From Psychrobacter cryohalolentis K5 (GTDB lineage: Bacteria > Pseudomonadota > Gammaproteobacteria > Pseudomonadales > Moraxellaceae): a DNA stretch of 32,000 nucleotides. Of this stretch, positions 9,707-18,166 are shown one piece after another. The stretch lies in contig NC_007969.1 in assembly GCF_000013905.1 (NCBI RefSeq), forward strand, positions 2,700,001 to 2,732,000. Direction: 5' to 3'. The position numbers were made by a program, and so were the translations under genes. Below the pieces are notes generated by a model. The model did not search any database. It had not been told where the DNA came from and saw only the letters and a list, made by a program, of their open reading frames with translations. Within the stretch, counting starts at the first letter, position 1. Each line of letters starts with the position of its first letter.

Positions 9707-11104
9707 ATGTACACCAGTAATTTAAATAATTTAATCCTAAATAGCGACAGCTACAAAACCTCACATTGGGTGCAATATCCAAGCGGTAGTGAATACCTAT
9801 CGAGCTATATTGAGGCACGTAAAGGCGACTACGATGTGGTGTTTTTTGGACTACAAGCGTTTATCAAAGAATATCTAAGCACGCCAATCACTCATCAAGA
9901 CATCGATGAAGCCGAAATGGTCATTCAAGCACATGGCTTAACCTTTAACCGTGCTGGCTGGGAGCGCTTGGTTGATAAACATGGTGGTTATTTACCACTA
10001 CGTATCGAAGCCATACCTGAAGGTAGTATCGTGCCTGTATCCAATGTCGTCTGCCAAATCATAAATACCGACCCTGAGTTTTATTGGTTACCAAGCTATA
10101 TCGAGACTGCTTTGCTTCGTGCCATTTGGTATCCGTCAACCGTCGCTAGTGTCTCGCACTATTGTAAAAACATCATTCGTCAAGCGTTAGAAAAATCAGC
10201 AGACAATACCGAATCACTCACTTTTCGTTTGCATGATTTCGGCTCGCGCGGGGCATCTAGCCAAGAGTCTGTCGCCCTCGGTAGTCTTGCACATTTAGTC
10301 AATTTTGCCGGTACCGATTCGATGACGGCTTTGGTGGCTGCCAGCCGCTGGTATCAGATGGATAAAGACATGCCAGCATTTTCTATCCCTGCCGCTGAGC
10401 ATAGCACGATGACGGCATGGGGACGCGACGGTGAAACTGCTGGCTTTGCCAATATGATTGAACAGTTTGGCGGGGCAGGTAAAAGCTTTTCTGTGGTCTC
10501 TGACAGCTATGACTTATGGAACGCCATTGACAATATTTGGGGCGGCAGCCTAAAAGACGATGTAAAAAATATGGGCGGTACCTTAGTTATCAGACCAGAC
10601 AGTGGCGACCCAGCCAAAGTCGTGCGCGAAGCCTTGGAGCGTCTGGCAGTAAAGTTTGGTACGACAGTCAACAGTAAAGGCTACAAAGTCCTGCCCGATT
10701 ATGTGCGTGTTATTCAAGGTGATGGCATCAGTCCACAAGGCTTGAGTAAGATTATCGATGTGGTCATGAAAGCAGGATTTAGCGCTGATAACGTGACTTT
10801 CGGTATGGGTGGTGGACTGCTACAACAAGTCAATCGCGATACCATGAGCTGGGCAATGAAAGCCAGTGCTATCTCTATCAATGGTATATGGAAAGACATC
10901 TATAAAGATCCGATCACCAGTCGTTCAAAGCGCTCGAAAAAAGGGCGTTTGGCATTAATCAAACACAGTAATGGACAGCTAAAAACGATTAAGGCTGATG
11001 AGCTTACTGCTGAGAGCGATAACCTACTGCGTAATGTTTATGTTGATGGAAAATTACTTATAGACGAGAGTCTAACTATTATTAGAGAGCGTGCAGGATG
11101 GTAG
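9707..11104 (+). CDS. nadV: nicotinamide phosphoribosyltransferase (NadV/NAMPT)
   Basis: Family blocks are present: SDSYKTSHW, LHDFGSRGASS, PAAEHSTM, IRPDSGDP, VIQGDGI. The track start at 9704 is GTG; the ATG at 9707 has GAGGAG 8 nt upstream. Confidence 0.85.
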   Translation: MYTSNLNNLILNSDSYKTSHWVQYPSGSEYLSSYIEARKGDYDVVFFGLQAFIKEYLSTPITHQDIDEAEMVIQAHGLTFNRAGWERLVDKHGGYLPLRIEAIPEGSIVPVSNVVCQIINTDPEFYWLPSYIETALLRAIWYPSTVASVSHYCKNIIRQALEKSADNTESLTFRLHDFGSRGASSQESVALGSLAHLVNFAGTDSMTALVAASRWYQMDKDMPAFSIPAAEHSTMTAWGRDGETAGFANMIEQFGGAGKSFSVVSDSYDLWNAIDNIWGGSLKDDVKNMGGTLVIRPDSGDPAKVVREALERLAVKFGTTVNSKGYKVLPDYVRVIQGDGISPQGLSKIIDVVMKAGFSADNVTFGMGGGLLQQVNRDTMSWAMKASAISINGIWKDIYKDPITSRSKRSKKGRLALIKHSNGQLKTIKADELTAESDNLLRNVYVDGKLLIDESLTIIRERAGW

Positions 11105-11940
11105 CTACTAGCAAAATACAGAATAAAATAGCCGCTGCTGCAAAGGATGTTTTATTTGCTCCTGTATACCTTTATCAAGGTCGAAAAATCAAACGAGATA
11201 CGGTCCGTTTGCCTGAGCCAAATGGAGAAAGACATGGGTCTGTGCAACTGGATCATGCCAGTAACGAGTCAGCCGCTCAGAATAAACCCGCACTACATAT
11301 CATGATCGTTGGTGATTCAGCAGCGGCTGGGGTCGGTAGTGAAACGCAGCAAGAAGCGCTCGTTGGTAAGCTCATTCCAATCTTGCAGCAGCAGCCCACT
11401 ATTAATGAGCAGTTTGCGGTATTGAACTGGTCACTGCAAGCGACAACGGGGCACACCAGTTTTGATATTCTACGCAGGCTATATATTATGCCAGCACCAA
11501 ATGAGCCTATCGATGTGATGATACTAAGTGTTGGGGTCAATGATACGACATCGAGTGTTGCTGTAGACAAGTGGCAACAGCAAATCAAAGATATTATTGC
11601 CATCGCTCAGCGTAAGTTTGGCGTGCGCGAGTTGGTTTTTTTAAGTCTACCGCCTATGGCACAAATGCCAGCAATACCTGCTCCGCTAAATAACTTTGTT
11701 GGCGCAAAAGCGTCTATTCTTGACGGAATATTGCAGCAAATCTGCAGGGCTCATGATAACGTCACTTATATGGCAACGGATTTCCCACGTATGATCGCTG
11801 AGCACTCTAACGGTACGCCGATCGATATCAAGGTAATGTTTGCGAGCGATGGCTTTCATCCAAGTAGCCTGATGTATGGCTATTGGGCGCAGCAATTGTC
11901 GGAGCTGATTATAGAATTACTCGATTCATCAACCCATTAG
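11098..11940 (+). CDS. SGNH/GDSL hydrolase family protein
   Basis: 280-aa ORF with block I IMIVGDSAAAGVG, block III SVGVNDT and block V DGFHPS. Its ATG overlaps the nadV stop (ATGGTAG, 7-nt overlap). Confidence 0.75.
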   Translation: MVATSKIQNKIAAAAKDVLFAPVYLYQGRKIKRDTVRLPEPNGERHGSVQLDHASNESAAQNKPALHIMIVGDSAAAGVGSETQQEALVGKLIPILQQQPTINEQFAVLNWSLQATTGHTSFDILRRLYIMPAPNEPIDVMILSVGVNDTTSSVAVDKWQQQIKDIIAIAQRKFGVRELVFLSLPPMAQMPAIPAPLNNFVGAKASILDGILQQICRAHDNVTYMATDFPRMIAEHSNGTPIDIKVMFASDGFHPSSLMYGYWAQQLSELIIELLDSSTH

Positions 11941-11953
11941 CCAAAAGCTAGCA

Positions 11954-11986
11954 CAAAAAAACCGCTGAATAGTCAGCGGTTTTTTG
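11954..11986. terminator. bidirectional intrinsic terminator (SGNH gene / rpmE2)
   Basis: aaaaaaaCCGCTGAatagTCAGCGGttttttg: an 8-bp GC-rich stem (with accgctga/tcagcggt), a 4-nt loop, and A7/T6 flanks. Confidence 0.8.
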
Positions 11987-12058
11987 TATTCTTAATACCA
12001 TCACTGTGCATGCTTGAGAGAACACATGCTCAAAATAATATCACACAATACGTGTGAA

Positions 12059-12340
12059 TTATTCTGCAGCGTCAGCATCAGCAGCTTTCTTACGGCCACC
12101 AAACGCACCAAAACGTTTGTTGAAGCTTGCAACACGACCTTCAGTAGAAGTTTTACGTTGCTCACCAGTATAGAATGGATGCGACGCACTTGAGATATCA
12201 AGTGGGTAGTATGGATATTCTGAACCTTCGTATTCACGAGTGGTTTTGGTTTTAACAGTTGAACGAGTCAAGAAGAACACGTCAGCGTTAGTGTCGTGGA
12301 ATAAAACTTCTTGGTAATTAGGATGAATATCTTTACGCAT
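12059..12340 (-). CDS. rpmE2: 50S ribosomal protein L31, type B (Cys-less paralogue form)
   Basis: [28 protein letters not shown]...HPFYTGEQR is a classic L31 sequence with no CxxC zinc motif. The ATG at 12340 has AGAGAG upstream. The track's longer ORF (to 12445) adds 35 non-homologous residues. Confidence 0.85.
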   Translation of the reverse strand: MRKDIHPNYQEVLFHDTNADVFFLTRSTVKTKTTREYEGSEYPYYPLDISSASHPFYTGEQRKTSTEGRVASFNKRFGAFGGRKKAADADAAE

Positions 12341-12539
12341 AATAAACTCTCTATGTCCGATGTATGTATAACGACTTTGCAAAACAGCATTTTTAACGAT
12401 GCATTCAGCAAACGATGACATACGTAACTGAGGCACTAAGGACATTCTCAGTCTGGCAACTGCGTCACTGGCTTATTCCAGCACCCAATACCACACCTCT
12501 GCTCACTTAGCCTTTCCCCAGCGGGAAAATCAAACCGCG

Positions 12540-12568
12540 ATTTTACCGGTTTTTGGGGTTTGATGCAA
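12540..12568 (-). promoter_or_regulatory. candidate sigma70 promoter for rpmE2
   Basis: The minus strand reads TTGCAT (12568-12563), a 17-nt spacer, then TAAAAT (12545-12540). This implies a leader of roughly 190 nt. Confidence 0.4.
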
Positions 12569-12621
12569 GCAGCAGTTGTGAGGGTTATCGATGCTAATTT
12601 GTCACTGCAGCATCAATAGTA

Positions 12622-12650
12622 TTGAGGCAGATAGACAAGCTGCGTATAAT
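12622..12650 (+). promoter_or_regulatory. candidate sigma70 promoter for the yceI-family gene
   Basis: TTGAGG (12622-12627), a 17-nt spacer, then consensus TATAAT (12645-12650). Confidence 0.5.
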
Positions 12651-12707
12651 AATACGTTAGATAACATAATCAATAACTATTAATTTTTAAGATTAATTTA
12701 ATAATAA

Positions 12708-12752
12708 TATTCAATTAGTATTGGTGATTTAATTATCAATACTAATTGAATA
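12708..12752 (+). promoter_or_regulatory. perfect 16-bp inverted repeat (13-nt spacer) in the yceI leader
   Basis: tattcaattagtattg (12708-12723) / caatactaattgaata (12737-12752) are exact reverse complements. The repeat lies between the candidate promoter and the SD AAGGA (12765-12769). Confidence 0.6.
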
Positions 12753-12776
12753 CTAACATTTAATAAGGATAAGACA

Positions 12777-13400
12777 ATGAAAAATACAATCGCGAAAAAC
12801 AGTATAAAAGCTGTTCTATTTGGCTCAGCAATTGCTATGACAACACTGGCAAGTGCGGCGCTGCCAACTCAATGGCAGCTAGATGATGCACATACGCGTG
12901 TCGGATTTTCAGTCAATCACTTAGGGTTTTCGACCACCATGGGTCACTTTAATGATGTCAAAGGCATGGTCAATTACAATATTAAAGCACCTAATAAAGC
13001 CAATATGAATTTCACTATTGTTACTGACAGTATCGATACCAATTGGGATGCTCGCGATGCTCATTTAAAAAAAGATGAGTTTTTTAATGTAGCAAAATAT
13101 CCAACCATGACTTTTAAATCGACTAACATCACCTTTAAGAATCCACAACAAGCCACAGTCACAGGTGACTTCACTCTACTGGGTCAAACCAAGCCACTGA
13201 CCCTAGATGTGACTCTGAATAAAATAGCCAATAGCCCGATGACCAAAGAGCCAGTTATTGGTTTTCGTGCAACCGGTGTGATTGACCGTGCCGCTTATGG
13301 CATGACCGCTTTTGCAAGTGGCATTACGACTGAAGTACCCATTCAAATAGACGGTGAGCTGATTGAGAAAAAAGCGGCGACGAAGAATAAAGCAAAATAG
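12777..13400 (+). CDS. YceI family periplasmic (polyisoprenoid-binding-like) protein
   Basis: 207-aa ORF with a signal peptide and YceI-type blocks: DDAHTRVGFSVNHLGFSTTMGHFNDVKG, PTMTFKST, GDFTLLGQTKPLTLDV. Confidence 0.85.
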   Translation: MKNTIAKNSIKAVLFGSAIAMTTLASAALPTQWQLDDAHTRVGFSVNHLGFSTTMGHFNDVKGMVNYNIKAPNKANMNFTIVTDSIDTNWDARDAHLKKDEFFNVAKYPTMTFKSTNITFKNPQQATVTGDFTLLGQTKPLTLDVTLNKIANSPMTKEPVIGFRATGVIDRAAYGMTAFASGITTEVPIQIDGELIEKKAATKNKAK

Positions 13401-13460
13401 CTTTATACATATCAATGTTATGCTTTTATGAAGTAAGTTTGCAGTTAAAAATATCGTAAT

Positions 13461-13491
13461 AAAAAGCAGCCACAATGATGGCTGCTTTTTT
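13461..13491. terminator. bidirectional intrinsic terminator (yceI / lipoprotein gene)
   Basis: aaaaAGCAGCCacaatgatGGCTGCTtttttt: a 7-bp GC-rich stem extended by A/T pairs, at a convergent junction. Confidence 0.75.
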
Positions 13492-13521
13492 ATGGTAAAA
13501 CTTAGTCTTTATATTCAGACC

Positions 13522-13956
13522 TTACTTGGTTCTAACGATATGCCAAACACCAAGTTTATTGTCGCCATCTTTATCCCCAACATTGGTGTCATTGGCATAG
13601 AAATACAGCGGCTTGCCGTTCATGGCCCATTGATACTTGCCGTCTTCACGTTGGAAGGCAGCAAACTGCCCTGAGGCTTTGGCATTGCTAGGTGCCATAA
13701 ATGCCGGCCAAACTAGCATACAAGCGCTACCACACTCTGATCTATTCATCGAATCTTTATCAAAAGTATACAAAGTCATATGGTTACGAGAATCAACCAA
13801 CATGCCGTTTTTACTCATGACAGGCGCAGTATTTTTATTGGTTGCTTGCACGTCATGCATACCAGAGTCGTCATTACCGACCATATTGTTTAGCGTTGAA
13901 CAACCGCTAAGAGCCAACATACTACTAAGAGCGGATAAAACTAAAATATGTTTCAT
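13522..13956 (-). CDS. small lipoprotein, COG4315-like (secreted Yx[FWY]xxD repeat family)
   Basis: 144-aa ORF with the lipobox LALSGCS and two repeats of the type LYTFDKD / LYFYANDT. SD AAGGAAG is present. The family assignment is from memory of the motif, so confidence is moderate. Confidence 0.6.
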   Translation of the reverse strand: MKHILVLSALSSMLALSGCSTLNNMVGNDDSGMHDVQATNKNTAPVMSKNGMLVDSRNHMTLYTFDKDSMNRSECGSACMLVWPAFMAPSNAKASGQFAAFQREDGKYQWAMNGKPLYFYANDTNVGDKDGDNKLGVWHIVRTK

Positions 13957-14554
13957 AATAACTTCCTTGTCATTGTCATCATAGATTGTTAATTGTTATT
14001 AGATCGTTCTTATCACTCTAGGATTTAAGCCATAATAAATTGCAAGCAAATATCTTAAACCCATTATTGAGATTTTAAATATAGCATAGGATTTATAGCT
14101 GTTATTCTTGTCCTCATATAAATTTACAAAAGCCCATAAACATTACAATTTCGCCAAACAAAAATACTTAATACCATCAGTAATTAGCGGTTTTAAGAGG
14201 AATTCAATCTGCTCATCCCTATGGTAATAATAGGATGACGCTTTTAAATTGAATTAAAAATATTATCTTAATTGAGTAAGTTTATGCCCAATAGAATTTT
14301 GGGTTAAACGTTGACAAAAATCATGTATGCACTTACCAATTTGCCGTTCTATTCCCCAACGTTTTTTGTAGAATAGCGCTATAGAAATTAAGCATGACTA
14401 CACAATGGCGAATGTGACCATTGAGATTTATGATCACTGTTGAACTTGACTGCCTCTGCACGCATATCAATATCCATAAGCCACCTCATGCCTATGCCAA
14501 GTACCCCTTTAAGTACCACTTGATGCAAATGCTATTAAGGATATAACCTCGACA

Positions 14555-16162
14555 ATGACTCACTCTCTCATGAATAATCAAGTAATTGCTACTCAACGTG
14601 TCGGTATCCTCGGTGGTGGTACGGCGGGGGCAACCATTGCCATTCGATTGGCAGCGTTAGGGCTTGAAACTTATGTGTTCGAAAAAAACAAATCGCTGAT
14701 TGATGGTCCGCCTATGTGCCATTTGCATGCAGGTGGCAATCTCTACCGCGAAATCCCTGACGAGGACTGCGTCGCCCTTCTCAAACAGTGCATCGATATT
14801 TTACGGCTTTATCCTTATACTATTGATGTACGCCCAACGGTATTTGCGGTGCCGACTCGTGATGACGGCTTGCCTGAAGACTTGCTACCGCGGCTTGAGA
14901 TATTGACCGATGCGTATCGTGAACTGATTGCTCAAGATGCCAACAACAAAGTACTGGGTGAACCGGAAGATTATTATCAGCTCTACAGCCATGAACAACT
15001 GATTGCATTGTCTGAGCGTGAGCAAGTGACTGTGCCAACTACCGTTGATGAATGGATGATACCGGTTGCTAAGTATTTAGATTTAAATAAAGTTAAATTT
15101 CCGCTGATTGTGGTACAAGAATATGGCTGGAATATCTTTCGCTTGGCAGCATCGGCGCAATTGGCATTAGATGGTTATGAGCATGCGCATGTCTTTACTG
15201 ATACTCAAGTAAAGCAGGTCATGCCAGTTGATTGTGAAAACTGCTCAAACGCTGATCATCATGTGACCAAATGGCGTATTGATTATCAGCAAGGTGCTGG
15301 TTTAGATCCTGAAGCGCAATCTAATAGCAAAATCGAGTCCATCGAAGTTGATTACCTCGTCAATGCCTGTGGTTTTCGTACAGGGGTGATTGATGATATG
15401 GTCGGTGTCAAAGTCACGCGTATGGTAGAGTTTAAATCCTCTTATATTACTCATTGGGAAGATACCGGTGGACAGATACCAGAGATTATTGTCTACGGTA
15501 ATCGCGGTACACCTGAAGGGATGGCGCAATTAACCCCTTATCCGGGTGGTTATTTTCAGATACATGGCATGAGTAATTTTATCACGCTGTTTAATGATGG
15601 CTTGGTGGCTTCAAGTAAAGACAGCGCCCAACCAAAATTGCCGCCGCAATATGTGCACTATATCGAAGATGGTTGGGACAAAGCACCACTACAAGCGCGT
15701 AGCCAACAAGCGATTGATTATGTGGCAGAATTTGTACCGACCTTCCATAGTGCCCGTACTGTCGGCAATGCTTTATACGGTGGGCAGCAAATTCCTGGTG
15801 AGGATGATACACTGCGGGTCGCTGATGTGAGCTTGTACTCTAATATTCGCTATGCCCGTGCTGAAAACGTCAAAGCATCTTCAACTCTAATTGCAGCAGA
15901 TCAAATCGTTGATGAATTGAGTGAGCTTGGTTTGATTGAAATTGATACGCCCGTGAACCGTAATCGCTATGCTCATGAGTGGGCGTATCTGGCGCACAAC
16001 GACAGTCTGGCTATTGAGACAGTCGCCCGTGATTTGGCAAAAGAGCGTGGCTTTCCGCTGGCAATGGCAGGCGTCAATCGTGGTATTCGCGAAAAAGCGT
16101 TAGAGGATTTAAATATTAATAATAGTTCAGATAATTATAGGACTGAAGAAAGACGTTCTTAA
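14555..16162 (+). CDS. FAD-dependent oxidoreductase (DAO/GlpD-like superfamily), substrate unknown
   Basis: 535-aa ORF with the dinucleotide fold VGILGGGTAGATIAIRLAALGLETYVFEK. HLHAGGNLY resembles the GlpD hGGxrY motif, and LVNACGFRTG resembles the DAO vvNAxG motif. The C-terminal ~130 aa has no motif I recognise. Confidence 0.7.
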   Translation: MTHSLMNNQVIATQRVGILGGGTAGATIAIRLAALGLETYVFEKNKSLIDGPPMCHLHAGGNLYREIPDEDCVALLKQCIDILRLYPYTIDVRPTVFAVPTRDDGLPEDLLPRLEILTDAYRELIAQDANNKVLGEPEDYYQLYSHEQLIALSEREQVTVPTTVDEWMIPVAKYLDLNKVKFPLIVVQEYGWNIFRLAASAQLALDGYEHAHVFTDTQVKQVMPVDCENCSNADHHVTKWRIDYQQGAGLDPEAQSNSKIESIEVDYLVNACGFRTGVIDDMVGVKVTRMVEFKSSYITHWEDTGGQIPEIIVYGNRGTPEGMAQLTPYPGGYFQIHGMSNFITLFNDGLVASSKDSAQPKLPPQYVHYIEDGWDKAPLQARSQQAIDYVAEFVPTFHSARTVGNALYGGQQIPGEDDTLRVADVSLYSNIRYARAENVKASSTLIAADQIVDELSELGLIEIDTPVNRNRYAHEWAYLAHNDSLAIETVARDLAKERGFPLAMAGVNRGIREKALEDLNINNSSDNYRTEERRS

Positions 16163-16171
16163 TTACCAGAC

Positions 16172-16218
16172 AAAAAAAGGGAAGGAATTGCTTTTTTTAG
16201 CCATTCTCTCCCTTTTTT
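16172..16218. terminator. bidirectional intrinsic terminator (flavoprotein gene / LOG gene)
   Basis: aaaaaaaGGGAAGGAAT..14 nt..ATTCTCTCCCtttttt: a 10-bp stem with one mismatch and one G-T pair, with A7/T6 flanks. Confidence 0.55.
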
Positions 16219-16241
16219 CATATTTGCTTATATATCTGCTT

Positions 16242-16919
16242 TTAGTTGCCAGCCATCTTTTCTGTATCGACAGCAGCATCTATTTTGACCATCGTCTGCA
16301 GTAAATCAATAGCATCACCAATCGTGTTACATACTACTAAGCGCTCAAGATCTTCTTGCTTCATAAAGCCTTGCTCAGTGGTATATTTTAAATGCTCAAT
16401 CATACGATCATAAAAACCATTAATATTCAAAATAATCATTGGCTTTTCATGTTGATATAGCTGGCGCCATGTGGCGATTTCCATGATTTCCTCTAAAGTA
16501 CCAAGCCCACCCGGTAAAGTAATAAAGGCATCAGCATATTCTGCCATCACTGTTTTACGCGTGTGCATGGTATCTGTGAGATGTAAACGGGTCAGCTGCT
16601 CATGAGCAATTTCGTGTTTGAGCATAAAGGTTGGGATCACACCGACTGCTTCTGCACCACCTCGAATCACTTCATCAGCCACTGCGCCCATCAACCCAAT
16701 ACTCGCGCCACCGTATACTAAACCCATGCCATTTTCTGCTAATGCCACACCAAGCTCTCGTGCGGCTTGCTCATATATGACATCATTACCCAAACGCGAC
16801 CCACAATAGACCGCAACTAGCGGCATAGTTAACGCTGATTTATCCACGGCTTTTTCGATATTAGTAATATCTTGACTGGTAATCACTTCATAAGTGTCAT
16901 TGTTAATTTTCATTTGCAT
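16242..16919 (-). CDS. LOG family protein (TIGR00730; cytokinin riboside 5'-monophosphate phosphoribohydrolase-like)
   Basis: 225-aa ORF with VAVYCGS, LVYGGASIGLMG and the PGGLGTLEE signature. SD AAGGAAG lies 5 nt upstream of the ATG at 16919. Confidence 0.85.
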   Translation of the reverse strand: MQMKINNDTYEVITSQDITNIEKAVDKSALTMPLVAVYCGSRLGNDVIYEQAARELGVALAENGMGLVYGGASIGLMGAVADEVIRGGAEAVGVIPTFMLKHEIAHEQLTRLHLTDTMHTRKTVMAEYADAFITLPGGLGTLEEIMEIATWRQLYQHEKPMIILNINGFYDRMIEHLKYTTEQGFMKQEDLERLVVCNTIGDAIDLLQTMVKIDAAVDTEKMAGN

Positions 16920-17262
16920 ATAGCTTCCTTAACTTTTATATCAATTGTTTTTATTAAGAACTTGTTTGTTAAAGCGTTTTTATCCGTGCATGTTGAATAG
17001 TCAAGATAGTTATTCAGTCCAGTCTTAATGGATCATATCATGCAAGATAAATTGAGATAGAACTTAGAAGTCATATTTGAGCGCCTTCCCTACTGAGATT
17101 TATTTTAACATAAGCAATGCTATCACGCGGTCGCAACCATTTATCACTACGCAATTACTACATTTTTAAGGCTATACATTGGCAGCTTATTGCAAATTAA
17201 CGCCCTCTCTTTGCTAACAAAGCTCATTCATAAAAATAACTACAATATATTAAGGTTCAACC

Positions 17263-18156
17263 ATGGAAAATAGCCCTACTATTACTCAAACAGAGGCTTA
17301 TTCATTAAGCATTATGACCGATCGCAATCAGGCATTGGCAGCGACTGTCTATCGTCCCAAAACGCCTGTAAAAAAAGCCGTCATGATAGCACCAGCAACA
17401 GGTATCAAACGCCAGTTTTATCATAACTTTGCCACTCACTTAGCCGAGCATGGATTTGGCATACTGACATTCGATAATGAAGGTATAGGTGAGTCACTCT
17501 CAACTGACTTGGCAAAATGTGATGCATCTTTAATCAGCTGGGGTCGCCACGACATGTCAGCAGTCCTTGATGCCTTGCAAGATGAATTTACCGATGCCAC
17601 TTATCATTTGATTGGTCATAGCGCTGGCGGTCAGCTCATTGGTTTGATGCCAAATTCCCAGTCTATTGCTTCAGTATTTAATGTCGCCTGCTCATCGGGT
17701 CGCATCAAAAACATGGACATGCCTTATAAGCTTAAGGCCATAGGTTTTATGGAAGCATTTATTCCTCTCACTAACTTGACGCTAGGCTACACGCCATCGG
17801 ATAAAATCGGCATGGGCGAGCCGCTGCCGCGCGGCGTCGCTCGTCAATGGCGTGAGTGGTGTAATGGCGCAGGTTATATCAAGACCGCCTTTGGGAAAAG
17901 TATACACACGCATTTTTATGATGAGATCGATATGCCAGCGTTATGGCTAGGGTTTAGTGATGATGAGATTGCCAATAGCAAAAATATGGATGATATGATT
18001 CGCGTTTTTACCAAAATGCCAGTAGAAAAACGCTTTTTAGATCCCAAAGATTTTGGTGTTAGTAGCATCGGTCACATGCGTTATTTTAGCAGCAGGACGA
18101 ATGCTAAAGCGCCTAAGCTGTGGCAAATGGCTATTGATTGGTTACATAATCAATAG
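17263..18156 (+). CDS. alpha/beta hydrolase family protein, function unknown
   Basis: 297-aa ORF with the nucleophile elbow LIGHSAGGQL, upstream DNEGIGES, and a C-terminal IGHM (putative catalytic His). Confidence 0.7.
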   Translation: MENSPTITQTEAYSLSIMTDRNQALAATVYRPKTPVKKAVMIAPATGIKRQFYHNFATHLAEHGFGILTFDNEGIGESLSTDLAKCDASLISWGRHDMSAVLDALQDEFTDATYHLIGHSAGGQLIGLMPNSQSIASVFNVACSSGRIKNMDMPYKLKAIGFMEAFIPLTNLTLGYTPSDKIGMGEPLPRGVARQWREWCNGAGYIKTAFGKSIHTHFYDEIDMPALWLGFSDDEIANSKNMDDMIRVFTKMPVEKRFLDPKDFGVSSIGHMRYFSSRTNAKAPKLWQMAIDWLHNQ

Positions 18157-18166
18157 ACTTCAGAGC

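Noticed and set aside
12341-12400. Possible Zur box (GTCGTTATACATACATCGG) upstream of rpmE2
   Set aside because: Only a half-site-like GTTATA is present with no palindromic partner. It sits next to the RBS rather than at the candidate promoter.
12341-12445. 128-aa version of the L31 ORF (start 12445) and the overlapping 78-aa ORF at 12001-12237
   Set aside because: L31 homology begins exactly at MRKDIHPNY (ATG 12340, with an upstream SD). The extension is leader sequence that happens to be open. ORF 12001-12237 is an out-of-frame shadow.
13968-13979. TGTCATTGTCAT looked like a Pho box
   Set aside because: The repeat spacing is 6 bp rather than 11 bp. It overlaps the SD and start region of the lipoprotein gene on the opposite strand.
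16841-16849. DnaA-box-like 9-mers (TTATCCACG at about 16841 and TTATCCACT at about 19802)
   Set aside because: They are isolated 8/9 matches inside coding regions, with no cluster and no AT-rich unwinding element.
18157-18166. Convergent gene ends only 10 bp apart (hydrolase/exoX), and 13 bp apart at 19828-19840 (M23/phoR), without terminators
   Set aside because: The observation is real but common in compact genomes. Nothing in the sequence indicates a special function.
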